DNA from: Bryobacterales bacterium
GTDB lineage: Bacteria; Acidobacteriota; Terriglobia; Bryobacterales; UBA6623
Direction: 5' to 3'
NCBI GenBank assembly: GCA_965203925.1
Contig: OZ241924.1
Span: forward strand, 1,152,629-1,216,628
Length of the DNA: 64,000 nucleotides
Shown: one piece after another, positions 55,395 to 64,000 of the stretch
Numbering within the stretch: the stretch's first letter is position 1
Layout of the letters: each line of letters begins with the position of its first letter
Translations under genes and position numbers: made by a program
The notes under the pieces: generated by a model
Told to the model about the DNA's origin: nothing
The model's input: only the letters and a program-made list of their open reading frames with translations
The model's database searches: none

Positions 55395-56618
55395 TCAATG
55401 TGTATCGGGAGCCCGGGTCTGCGGCGTACCCACTTCGCGCACGCGGTTCTCGCTGAGCAGCACGTAGGCCCTCCCGCGCCACCGGATCCGGCGTGTCAGG
55501 CCCGAGCGCACGAATGCGTACAGCCAGACCCACGTCGCCAGCGGCGACATCCAGAAGTGCGCCCATCCATAGCGATCGAACCACTCCTGCCTCTCGGGGA
55601 GCGCCAGAGAGCACGCGTAGGCGCGCGTGTTGCCCTTGACCATTCCCGGCAGCGTGACCAACGCCAGCGGGAACAGGCCCACGAGATTACCCTGCGCTAG
55701 GTGCAGCAGGCTCAGCAGCTGCGTCGCGCAGTAGAGGGAGTGGCCGGCAAACCCGGCCGCCCACATGCGGAAGCGGTACACGCGTGTGATCGTCGCCTGC
55801 CGAACGGCCCATGCGAGGAACTGGGCCGGCCCACAGCTGCCGAGCGTGGCCACCAGCGCTTCTGGCGCGAAGCGGATCCCCATGCCGGCCGCGTGCAGCG
55901 CGCGGGTCAGGCGCAGGTCGTCGCTGACTGCGCCCTTCCAGTGCTCGCGTACCCTGGCGGCCTCGAAGCTCTCCCGCCAAACGGCCGTGCCACCGCCCCA
56001 CGCGAAGCTCCGGTCACGGGTGTCCATGGTGGTGAGAACGGCCGAGTCCCAGACGCTGCGCAGCAGAGGCCAGAACCCTCCACTTTCCGGGAAGTGCCAA
56101 CGGAACGCAGTGCTTGCCGCGACTCGGGGAGCGTGCAGTGCCGCCACAAGCTTGCGCACCCAGTCGGGCGCAACAAGCCCGTCGGAGTCGGCGAAGACTA
56201 GAACCTGGGCGCTGGCCCCAACGGCATCCACGGCCTCCATTAGGTTGTGGACCTTCTCCCCAATGTCCGGCGGCGGCGGGCCAGCCTCCACGAAGCGGGC
56301 GTCACGGCCGACTGCCGCGCGGGCCACTGCCAACGCGGAATCCGCAGCGTCCGCGAAGCAGACCACCAGCGACATGCCGGGATAGTCCTGCTCGCGCAGG
56401 GCGCGCAAGTGCTGTGCCAGTCCGGGCTCGGCGCCCCTGACGGGAACGATCAAGGCTACCGCAGGCCAGCCCTCGGCGGGCGGCTCCAAGGGAGTCCTCA
56501 CGCGGCGGCTGACGTACTCCAAGAACCGCCGGCCCCCCTTGACAGAGACCAGCGTGGCCAGCGCCGCTGGCACTGTGAAGAGCCAAAGGAGGGCGTCCAG
56601 CAACCGGGAGCATAGCAC
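55395..56618 (-). CDS. Family 2 glycosyltransferase (ceramide glucosyltransferase/HpnI-like)
   Basis: [32 protein letters not shown] (DxD). N- and C-terminal TM segments. Start uncertain: GTG 56618 avoids overlap with the divergent gene, whereas the track ORF extends to 56696. Confidence 0.8.
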   Translation of the reverse strand: MLCSRLLDALLWLFTVPAALATLVSVKGGRRFLEYVSRRVRTPLEPPAEGWPAVALIVPVRGAEPGLAQHLRALREQDYPGMSLVVCFADAADSALAVARAAVGRDARFVEAGPPPPDIGEKVHNLMEAVDAVGASAQVLVFADSDGLVAPDWVRKLVAALHAPRVAASTAFRWHFPESGGFWPLLRSVWDSAVLTTMDTRDRSFAWGGGTAVWRESFEAARVREHWKGAVSDDLRLTRALHAAGMGIRFAPEALVATLGSCGPAQFLAWAVRQATITRVYRFRMWAAGFAGHSLYCATQLLSLLHLAQGNLVGLFPLALVTLPGMVKGNTRAYACSLALPERQEWFDRYGWAHFWMSPLATWVWLYAFVRSGLTRRIRWRGRAYVLLSENRVREVGTPQTRAPDTH

Positions 56619-56644
56619 GCGGCCCCGTGATACGGTGTGGGTCC

Positions 56645-58195
56645 ATGGACTTGGCCGACAAGCGCGCCGAGCTCCGGCGACGCAACTCCGCCGCACTGGC
56701 CGGAGGTGGACCGGAGCGAATCGCCCGTCAAGAGCGCAACGGTCGGCTGACGGCCCGGGAACGGCTCGAATTGCTGCTCGACGAAGGCTCGTTCCAAGAG
56801 ATCGACCGGTTGGTGGCCCACGACTGCACGGACTTCGGCATGGACGCCCGAACGATCCCGGGGGACGGCTTCGTCACTGGCTGCGGCAAGATCGACGGGC
56901 GGCTCGCCTATGCGTTCTCGCACGACTTCACCGTCTTCGGTGGCTCGCTGTCGCGCCGAAACGCGCAGAAGGTCTGCAAGATCATGGACCTTGCCATGAA
57001 GACCGGTGCGCCGGTAGTCGGCCTGAACGACTCCGGCGGGGCCCGCATCCACGAGGGTGTGGCGTCGCTGGCGGGCTATGCGGACATCTTCTTGCGCAAC
57101 ACTCTCGCCAGCGGCGTCGTGCCGCAGATCTCCGCAGTGATGGGCCCGTGCGCCGGAGGGGCCGTCTACTCGCCGGCCATCACGGACTTTGTGGTGATGG
57201 TGGACCGCACCAGCCACATGTTCGTCACGGGGCCGGACGTCATCCGAGCAGTGACCCACGAGGAGGTCACCAAGGAGGCGCTGGGCGGGGCGCGCACGCA
57301 CAACGAGGCCAGCGGCGTGGCCCACTTCCTGGCGACCGACGACCGGCACTGCCTGCAGCTGGTCCGCGAGCTGCTCTCCTACCTGCCCGCGAACAACCTG
57401 GACGACCCGCCAATCCGGGCGACTTCAGACCCCCCGGACCGGCGCGACGCCGAACTCGACACGATCGTGCCCGCCGAGGCCAACCAGCCGTACGACATCC
57501 GAAACATCATCGGGCGCGTCGTCGACGATGGTCGCTTCCTGGAGGTCCAGGAGCACTATGCGCAGAACATCGTGGTCGGCTTCGGACGTCTGGACGGATG
57601 GTCCGTGGGCATCGTGGCCAACCAGCCCGCGGTGCTGGCCGGGTGCCTTGACATCAACGCTTCCGTCAAAGCGGCGCGTTTCGTGCGCTTCTGCGACGCA
57701 TTCGGCATCCCCATTGTGACCTTCGAGGATGTCCCGGGCTTCCTTCCGGGCAGCGACCAGGAGTACGGCGGCATCATCCGGCACGGCGCCAAGCTGCTCT
57801 ACGCCTATTGCGAGGCCACCGTGCCGAAACTGACGGTGATCACTCGCAAGGCCTACGGCGGAGCCTACTGCGTCATGGGCTCCAAGCACATCCGCACAGA
57901 CCTGAACTTCGCCTACCCTACGGCCGAGATTGCGGTCATGGGGGCCGAGGCTGCCGTCAACATCCTCTACCGGCGCGAGCTTGCGGCCGCCGACGACCCC
58001 AACAACTTCCGGCGCGAGAGGGCCGCGGAGTTCACCGCGCGCTTCGCTAATCCCTACCGGGCGGCAGAGAAGGGCTGGATCGACGAGGTGATCGAGCCGC
58101 GCGAGACCCGCCCGAAGCTGGTGCGCGGCCTAGAGATGCTCCGCCACAAGACCGAGGCTCTGCCGCGCAAGAAGCACGGGAACATTCCGCTCTGA
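56645..58195 (+). CDS. Acyl-CoA carboxylase carboxyltransferase beta subunit (propionyl-CoA carboxylase beta / methylmalonyl-CoA carboxyltransferase family)
   Basis: [59 protein letters not shown]. Start at [10 protein letters not shown]. Confidence 0.93.
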   Translation: MDLADKRAELRRRNSAALAGGGPERIARQERNGRLTARERLELLLDEGSFQEIDRLVAHDCTDFGMDARTIPGDGFVTGCGKIDGRLAYAFSHDFTVFGGSLSRRNAQKVCKIMDLAMKTGAPVVGLNDSGGARIHEGVASLAGYADIFLRNTLASGVVPQISAVMGPCAGGAVYSPAITDFVVMVDRTSHMFVTGPDVIRAVTHEEVTKEALGGARTHNEASGVAHFLATDDRHCLQLVRELLSYLPANNLDDPPIRATSDPPDRRDAELDTIVPAEANQPYDIRNIIGRVVDDGRFLEVQEHYAQNIVVGFGRLDGWSVGIVANQPAVLAGCLDINASVKAARFVRFCDAFGIPIVTFEDVPGFLPGSDQEYGGIIRHGAKLLYAYCEATVPKLTVITRKAYGGAYCVMGSKHIRTDLNFAYPTAEIAVMGAEAAVNILYRRELAAADDPNNFRRERAAEFTARFANPYRAAEKGWIDEVIEPRETRPKLVRGLEMLRHKTEALPRKKHGNIPL

Positions 58196-58208
58196 GCGGA
58201 ATGCCGCC

Positions 58209-58628
58209 TCAGCCCTGCTCGAGGGCACTGAAGAAGAAGGCGCGCTCAACGGCCGCCGTCGCCGGAGAGTCGGAGCCGTGAATGGCGTTCTTTTCGATGT
58301 CCGTCCCGTAGAGCTTGCGGATCGTGCCGTCGGCGGCCTCGGCGGGATTCGTGGCGCCCATCACCCGACGCAGGGAGGCGATGGCGTCGTCGCGCTCGAG
58401 GACCATTGGAATGACCGGGCCCGAGGTCATGAAAGCCACCAGACTGCTATAGAACGGGCGCTCTTGGTGAACGGCATAGAAGGCGCGCGCCTGCGCCTCG
58501 GTAAGCGTCAGCTTCTTCATCGCGACGATCTCGAAGCCGCACGCCTCCAGCTGGGCCATGATCAGGCCCGCCTTGCGTGCCCGGACCGCGTCCGGCTTGA
58601 TGATCGTCAGGGTGCGCTCGTTCTTCAT
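58209..58628 (-). CDS. ndk: Nucleoside-diphosphate kinase
   Basis: ERTLTIIKPDAV ... NAIHGSDS. 139 aa. Confidence 0.97.
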   Translation of the reverse strand: MKNERTLTIIKPDAVRARKAGLIMAQLEACGFEIVAMKKLTLTEAQARAFYAVHQERPFYSSLVAFMTSGPVIPMVLERDDAIASLRRVMGATNPAEAADGTIRKLYGTDIEKNAIHGSDSPATAAVERAFFFSALEQG

Positions 58629-58680
58629 CCTTGCTGATCTCCGAGATGTCCTAGCAATGCGGCCTCGCTTCCGGGCCGCT

Positions 58681-59544
58681 TCAGAGCAGGTCGGCCAGTG
58701 TCGAGCCGATGTCCGCAGGCGTGGGGGCCATAGCGATGCCGGCCGCCTTCATGGCGGCGTGCTTTTCTGCCGCCGTGCCCTTGCCGCCCGAGATGATGGC
58801 GCCAGCGTGGCCCATGCGCCGCCCTGGCGGCGCGGTTGCGCCCGCGATCAACCCAACGATGGGCTTGGTGACCCCAGACTTGGCGAACTCCGCCGCCTCC
58901 TCCTCGGCCGTGCCCCCGATTTCGCCGATCATGACGATCCCGTCCGTTCCGGGGTCGCGCTCGAACATGTCCAGCACGTCGACGAAGCTCGTGCCGATGA
59001 TCGGATCCCCGCCGATCCCGATGCAGGTCGATTGGCCAATTCCAAGGTTGGACAGCTGCCCGACTGCCTCGTACGTCAGCGTGCCTGACCGGGAGACCAC
59101 GCCGACCGTGCCGACCCGGTGGATGTGCCCCGGCATGATCCCAAACTTGCACTTCCCTGGAGAGATGACGCCCGGACAGTTAGGCCCGACCAGCCGGGTC
59201 CGGGAGCCGTCGAGGGCGGCGGCCACAGCCACCATGTCCCGAGCAGGAATCCCCTCGGTGATGCACGCCACCAGCCGAATCTCGGCCTCCACAGCCTCCA
59301 GGATGGCGTCCGCCGCGCCCGAGGCTGGGACGAAGATCATGGACGCATCGGGCCGCTGGTGCTGCACGGCTTCGCGCACGGTGTTGTAGACAGGGAAACC
59401 GAGGGCCGTGCCGCCGCCGCGGCCCGGGTGGACTCCAGCCACCACGCGTGCTCCGAAGCGGATGCATTGCTCCGCATGGAACCTGCCGGCGCGGCCCAAG
59501 CCCTGCACGGCGACCCGTGTCGTCTCGTCAACAAGAATGCTCAT
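58681..59544 (-). CDS. sucD: Succinate--CoA ligase subunit alpha
   Basis: [41 protein letters not shown]. 287 aa. Confidence 0.97.
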   Translation of the reverse strand: MSILVDETTRVAVQGLGRAGRFHAEQCIRFGARVVAGVHPGRGGGTALGFPVYNTVREAVQHQRPDASMIFVPASGAADAILEAVEAEIRLVACITEGIPARDMVAVAAALDGSRTRLVGPNCPGVISPGKCKFGIMPGHIHRVGTVGVVSRSGTLTYEAVGQLSNLGIGQSTCIGIGGDPIIGTSFVDVLDMFERDPGTDGIVMIGEIGGTAEEEAAEFAKSGVTKPIVGLIAGATAPPGRRMGHAGAIISGGKGTAAEKHAAMKAAGIAMAPTPADIGSTLADLL

Positions 59545-59556
59545 GGGCGCCGTCCG

Positions 59557-60711
59557 CTATGCCGCGCGGGCCACTGCCTGCTGAGCGGCCTCCTTCATGT
59601 CCGAGGCCACGATGAAGTCGAGGCCGGAATCGGCCAAGATCCGCCTGCCCTCCTCGACGTTGGTCCCTTCCAGCCGCAGCACCATGGGCACGCTGATGGC
59701 CAGCTCCTTGGCTGCCGCGACAATGCCCTCTGCAAGCACGTCCACCTTCAGGATCCCTCCGAAGATGTTGATCAGGATCGACCTCACGCTGGGGTCCGAG
59801 AGGATGATGCGGAAGCCGTTCTTGACCTGATCCTTGCTCGCGCCCCCGCCGACGTCGAGAAAGTTCGCCGGCATGCCGCCAGCGTGCTGGATGATGTCCA
59901 TGGTGGCCATCGCCAAGCCGGCCCCGTTGACCATGCAGCCCACGTTCCCGTCCAGCTTGATGTAGTTCAGCCCGTGGTTGATCGCGTCGGTTTCGAGGGG
60001 CTCCTCCTCGTCAAGATCCCGCAGACGGGCCAAGTCCGCATGGCGGAAGAGGGAATTGTCGTCGATGTCCAGCTTGGCGTCCAGGGCGACCGCACGACCG
60101 TCTTCGGTCAGCACGAAGGGATTGATCTCCGCCAGCGACGCGTCGGTCTCGTCGTACGCCTTGGCCAGTGCGCGCATGGCCGCGACAGCGGGCCTGAAGG
60201 CGTCCCCGCTGATTCCGAGCCAAAAGGCTAGGCGCCGGGCCTGGTAGGCGTGCAGGAGCGGCCCGCTGAGCGGCTCGCGCAGGATCGCCGAAGGATCGCG
60301 GGCGGCAACCTCCTCGATCTCGACGCCCCCCCGTGCGGACGCCATCAGGACGGGTCGCCGAGAGGACCGGTCCAGCGTGATTCCGAGATAGATTTCGCGC
60401 GAGATCGGCAGCTGCTCTTCGACCAGCAGCCGCTTGACCAGCCGCCCTTGGGGGCCAGTCTGGTGCGTCACCAGTGTCATGCCCAGCATGGCCGCCGCCA
60501 GCCGCTCGGCCTCAGCCGGGCTGCCGGCGAGCTTCACCCCGCCGCCCTTGCCGCGGCCGCCAGCATGGATCTGCGCCTTGACGACCACCTTGCCGCCCAG
60601 CTTTTCCGCAGCCTCGCGCGCATCGGCCGCGTCGCGCACCGGGAACCCCTTCGGAGTCGGCACGCCGTAGGTGCGGAGCACCTGCTTGGCTTGATACTCG
60701 TGAAGCTTCAT
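59557..60711 (-). CDS. sucC: Succinate--CoA ligase subunit beta
   Basis: MKLHEYQAKQVLRTYGVPTPKG (ATG 60711), KAQIHAGGRGKGGGVK, NIFGGI. Confidence 0.97.
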   Translation of the reverse strand: MKLHEYQAKQVLRTYGVPTPKGFPVRDAADAREAAEKLGGKVVVKAQIHAGGRGKGGGVKLAGSPAEAERLAAAMLGMTLVTHQTGPQGRLVKRLLVEEQLPISREIYLGITLDRSSRRPVLMASARGGVEIEEVAARDPSAILREPLSGPLLHAYQARRLAFWLGISGDAFRPAVAAMRALAKAYDETDASLAEINPFVLTEDGRAVALDAKLDIDDNSLFRHADLARLRDLDEEEPLETDAINHGLNYIKLDGNVGCMVNGAGLAMATMDIIQHAGGMPANFLDVGGGASKDQVKNGFRIILSDPSVRSILINIFGGILKVDVLAEGIVAAAKELAISVPMVLRLEGTNVEEGRRILADSGLDFIVASDMKEAAQQAVARAA

Positions 60712-60806
60712 CGGGGGGAGCCGTAGAGTACGATCAGGGGAACGCTGGACCTGCTTGCGGCCCGAAGCCTTCACTATATCGCGGGCAGCCGGCCGGGGCC
60801 CAAGCC

Positions 60807-61865
60807 ATGTCCAACGTCCGAAACGCAATCCGAAAGGCGCTAGAAGGGAGCGATCTCGGGGAATCCCGGGCCCGCCGGGCAATGCTCGAGATCCTTCGCG
60901 GCGAGGCTACTCCCGCGCAGATCGCCGCCCTCTTGGTCGCACTGCGGATGAAGGGCGAGACATCCGCGGAGATCACAGGCTTCGCGGGTGCGATGCGGGC
61001 CAGCGCGCTGCCCGTCCGACCGGCACGGACGTCCGCGCGCGATCTGGTGGACACCTGCGGCACCGGAGGCGACGGAGGCCGCACGTTCAACGTCTCAACA
61101 GCGGCGGCGCTCGTGGTTGCGGGCTGTGGCGTACCGGTTGCGAAGCACGGAAACCGCTCAGTCTCGAGCCGCTGCGGGTCGGCCGACGTGCTGGAGGCCT
61201 TGGGCGTGGCGGTGACACTGGACGAGGCGGCTGTCGCACAGTGCATCGACGATGCCGGAATCGGATTCCTCTTCGCCCAGTCCCTGCACCCCGCGATGCG
61301 CCACGCCGGCCCGGTGCGCAAGGAGCTGGGAGTGCGCACCGTCTTCAACATGCTCGGGCCGCTGACCAATCCTGCCCGGGCCTCGCTGCAGGTGATCGGG
61401 GTGTATGAGGACCGCATCGTGCCGCTGGTGGCGGGCGCCCTGGCGACCCTCGGGGCGCGCCGGGCACTGGTGGTCCACGGCTGCGACGGCTTGGACGAGA
61501 TCACGCTGTCCGGCCCAACACACTTCGCGGAAGTGCGGGAGGGCCAAGTGCGGGAGGGCCAGGTGCGACCGGAGGATTTCGGCGCCGCGACGGCAAGCGC
61601 GGCCGAGATCGCCGGCGGCAGCGCCCACGAGAATGCCGCCCGGATTCGATCGGTCCTCGGCGGAACCCGTGGCCCCTGCCGGGACATCGTAGTCGTCAAC
61701 GCAGCGGCCGCGTTGCGCATGGCGGGCCGCGGGAGCAGCTGGCGCGAGTGCGCAGGCATCGCCGAGGCTTCGATCGACTCAGGGCAGGCCGCCGACAAGC
61801 TCGTGGCGCTCGCTGACCTGTCGGCGCGCCTCGCCGCCGAGCCCGCCGGTTCGGCGTCCCCGTAG
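60807..61865 (+). CDS. trpD: Anthranilate phosphoribosyltransferase
   Basis: DTCGTGGDGGRTFNVSTAAALVVAGCGVPVAKHGNRSVSSRCGSADVLEALG. 352 aa. Confidence 0.95.
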   Translation: MSNVRNAIRKALEGSDLGESRARRAMLEILRGEATPAQIAALLVALRMKGETSAEITGFAGAMRASALPVRPARTSARDLVDTCGTGGDGGRTFNVSTAAALVVAGCGVPVAKHGNRSVSSRCGSADVLEALGVAVTLDEAAVAQCIDDAGIGFLFAQSLHPAMRHAGPVRKELGVRTVFNMLGPLTNPARASLQVIGVYEDRIVPLVAGALATLGARRALVVHGCDGLDEITLSGPTHFAEVREGQVREGQVRPEDFGAATASAAEIAGGSAHENAARIRSVLGGTRGPCRDIVVVNAAAALRMAGRGSSWRECAGIAEASIDSGQAADKLVALADLSARLAAEPAGSASP

Positions 61866-62837
61866 GCCGCGTCTCTTGGCGATCTGGCGTTCCAATGCGC
61901 CTATCCGGCGGTCGAGCGCCGCAGCCATTGCCGGCGGAATCCTCTCGTAGGCGTCAACCGACTGCTCGCGCTTCCGGCGTGCGGAGCGGAACAGGGCGAG
62001 CGCGGCGTCCCGCTGGCCGGCCGACTCTCGCAGGTCGGCAGCTTCCAGCTCGTAGTAGTAGGCGCGTGGGTACCGGCGCAGCAATCCGAGAAACAGGTCC
62101 GCCGCCTCGGCGTAGCGCTTTTCCTTGCGCTCAACCAGGGCGAGCAGCAGGTGGCCCTCGCTTCGAAGAACCTCCGCATGGTGCGCGGCGCGCGAGATCA
62201 GGGCCCATCCCTGCTTCCTGCTCCCGCTGTGCCCCCTCAGCGCGACGATCGCCCGGACCGCCCACGGCAGGCTGCCGACCATGTACTCGTAAACTCCGGC
62301 CACCAGTAGCCCGTCCGCGAACTCCGGGCGCAGCTCTCCCACCTGATAGCTGATCCTGCTGGCCGTGCGGCCGCTGGACAGGGCCTTGAAGGGGGCCTTC
62401 TGGAGCATGAGCTCGTGCACGGCGCGCAAGGCGTGCAGCTGGGCGAGGGCGTGCAGCGCCTCAACGTCGCCCTCGTCGGCCGCGAGGCGGCGCTCGCAGA
62501 TAGCCGATCCGCGATCGATGATCGCGAGGACCTTGCGCACTCTTCCGGCATCGGGCTTTGGCCGGGGCCGGGAATTGTAGGGCCTGTCCCCGCGAAATGC
62601 ACGGGTTCCCGCAAGCCGCAGCCGGACCATCTCGGCATGCAGCCGCGCCTTGGCGAGCAGAAGGTGGCCGTCGAGGCTGTCCGGCAGCACCTGGAGGACC
62701 TCCTCCGCAGTGCGCTCGGCCGCGGCGAAATCCCGGTTCAGGAAATCCTCAGTGCCCGCGCGAATGCCTTCCGGCTCCGCCCGGAGGACCAGGACAGCGG
62801 TGGCTCCCAGCAGCAGCGCTCGCGTCGGTATCCCCAT
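61779..62837 (-). CDS. Secreted TPR-like hypothetical protein
   Basis: N-terminal signal-like MGIPTRALLLGATAVLVLRA. Helical-repeat composition. The 3' end overlaps the trpD 3' end by 87 nt, so the true C-terminus is uncertain. Confidence 0.55.
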   Translation of the reverse strand: MGIPTRALLLGATAVLVLRAEPEGIRAGTEDFLNRDFAAAERTAEEVLQVLPDSLDGHLLLAKARLHAEMVRLRLAGTRAFRGDRPYNSRPRPKPDAGRVRKVLAIIDRGSAICERRLAADEGDVEALHALAQLHALRAVHELMLQKAPFKALSSGRTASRISYQVGELRPEFADGLLVAGVYEYMVGSLPWAVRAIVALRGHSGSRKQGWALISRAAHHAEVLRSEGHLLLALVERKEKRYAEAADLFLGLLRRYPRAYYYELEAADLRESAGQRDAALALFRSARRKREQSVDAYERIPPAMAAALDRRIGALERQIAKRRGLRGRRTGGLGGEARRQVSERHELVGGLP

Positions 62838-62845
62838 CGCGGCGC

Positions 62846-63433
62846 TCAGCTCGACACAAGCACCTCAAGGAAGCCGCCCTGCCTCCTCAGGAAGATGCAC
62901 AGGGAGTGGAATCGCGAGAAGATCGTCTCCAGGTCCTTGAGGGCAACCTGCTGCGCAAGTACGCGGTCGTGGGCCCTCGCCGCGGAGAACGAGCGCTCGG
63001 AGGTGAGGCCGTACCGCAGGGCCGGCGTCCCGGCGCCGGTGTTCGGCTGGAAGATGCAGTGCACGCGAGAGTCCGGGCGCAATATCCGGAGCAGCTGATC
63101 AAGGACGCTGTGCATGCCCGGCTTCTCGAGCTGTTGCAGCACGTCCCAAGCTAGCACTCCGTCAAAGCTGCGAGCGGGATAGTTCAATATGCCCCGGACG
63201 AAGCGGTCCACGGCCGATGGCGAAGTCATTCCGTCTGCGCGGGTCAGCTGCTCGCGGGCGCGCTCGCAGCTGGTCGCCAGATCCGCGAAGTGGGCGTGGT
63301 GCCCGAGCTGGCCGATGCACATGCTCGTCGAGCCGGAGATCGGCCCCAAATCCAGAATGTGCCGCTCGCCACCGTAACCGAGGCCGTTGATGAAGCGCTG
63401 CAAGCAGTCGCTGTGGAAATCAGGCGTCGCCAT
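62846..63433 (-). CDS. Class I SAM-dependent methyltransferase
   Basis: HILDLGPISG (motif I-like), FDGVLAWDVLQQL, LLRILRPDSRV. Start chosen at MATPDFHS (ATG 63433). Confidence 0.7.
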   Translation of the reverse strand: MATPDFHSDCLQRFINGLGYGGERHILDLGPISGSTSMCIGQLGHHAHFADLATSCERAREQLTRADGMTSPSAVDRFVRGILNYPARSFDGVLAWDVLQQLEKPGMHSVLDQLLRILRPDSRVHCIFQPNTGAGTPALRYGLTSERSFSAARAHDRVLAQQVALKDLETIFSRFHSLCIFLRRQGGFLEVLVSS

Positions 63434-63578
63434 TCGCGTCCGAGCCTCGGGCCCGCGGCCGCGCTCCGGCAGGGACGACCGTGGCCTCCCGTACGCGGGC
63501 GGCCCTATTTCCGATTCGTTGCGCCGCCACCAGGACGACCCCACATCCAGGCCCTCTGCCAAGCCCAACCCGGACCAG

Positions 63579-64000
63579 CTACAAGGCTGGCTTTGCCACA
63601 GCCTGGGCGGGAGCCGGACGCTTGGCCTGTGGCGCCGCAGCGGAAGGCTTGACGGGACGTGACGTAGGCCTAGGCTTGACGGAAGGCTTCGGGTCGGAGC
63701 GAGACGTGTGCACTGCGCTCTGGCCGACGAAGACTGCGCCGTCCTCGATCTCGAGCCTGCGGGTGACCAGCTCGCCCTCGAATCGCCCGGTCTTCTTCAG
63801 GACAACCTTGTCGCCGACGTTGACCTTTCCGTTCAGCTGCCCATGCACGACCAACTGCAGGGCGTTGATCTCAGCGTGGGCGCGGCAAGTGCGCGCCAAC
63901 ACCAGCGTGTGGCCTGGAATTTGGATCTTGCCTTCCACCGCCCCCTCGATGGTCAAGTCCTCCTCGGCGTGGATTTCGCCGGTGAAGTTGACGGTCTCGC
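63579..64000 (-). CDS. Bactofilin (polymer-forming cytoskeletal protein), N-terminus outside window
   Basis: Repetitive beta-helix pattern (IEGAVEGKIQIPGHTLVLARTCRAHAEINALQLVVHGQLNGKVNVGDKVVLKKTGRFEGELVTRRLEIEDGAVFVG) with a Pro/Ala-rich tail. The frame is open to the window edge. Confidence 0.8.
   Translation of the reverse strand, partial: ETVNFTGEIHAEEDLTIEGAVEGKIQIPGHTLVLARTCRAHAEINALQLVVHGQLNGKVNVGDKVVLKKTGRFEGELVTRRLEIEDGAVFVGQSAVHTSRSDPKPSVKPRPTSRPVKPSAAAPQAKRPAPAQAVAKPAL

Overview
High-GC bacterial chromosomal window. The gene content (a DUF1553/DUF1501 pair, a prepilin-like protein, an FGE-type enzyme) resembles Acidobacteriota- or Planctomycetota-like genomes, but the taxon cannot be proven from this sequence.

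Three zones:
1. 0-22 kb. A DUF1553/DUF1501 pair is followed by a decayed accessory island. Two diverged paralogous AAA-ATPase-like/PD-(D/E)XK genes bracket a cassette holding a broken membrane-protein gene, a DUF4143 AAA+ ATPase and a short DprA/Smf-like protein. Next come a tail-anchored coiled-coil protein built from 33-bp tandem repeats, unknown ORFs, an IS630 remnant, and a co-directional Zn-metalloprotease / MBL-fold / FGE cluster.
2. 22.9-34.6 kb. A complete type I-E CRISPR-Cas locus (cas3, cas8e/cse1, cse2, cas7e, cas5e, cas6e, cas1, cas2) with a 34-repeat, 33-spacer array on a rigid 61-bp period. A stand-alone DnaQ-like DEDDh exonuclease gene lies divergently just upstream of cas3.
3. 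35-64 kb. Mostly housekeeping genes: dapA, cstA, a sugar dehydrogenase and epimerase, glyA, a spermidine-synthase-like fusion, an acyl-CoA carboxylase beta subunit, ndk, sucDC, trpD and a bactofilin. Small accessory patches interrupt it: a higB remnant with intact higA, hicAB, a TPR remnant and a HEPN/MNT pair.

Main leads:
- The cas-linked DEDDh exonuclease is a candidate prespacer trimmer.
- Accessory genes are repeatedly split by in-frame TAG codons with the frame otherwise preserved: nine TAGs at seven loci, including the MNT antitoxin of an intact HEPN gene.
- The cassette bracketed by paralogous nuclease/ATPase genes combines two ATPase types with a SLOG-fold protein.

I did not recognise any clearly novel multi-gene system. 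Everything beyond motif-level calls needs database or structure searches that I cannot run. Many long ORFs in the supplied track are high-GC antisense or alternate-frame shadows and are not reported as genes.
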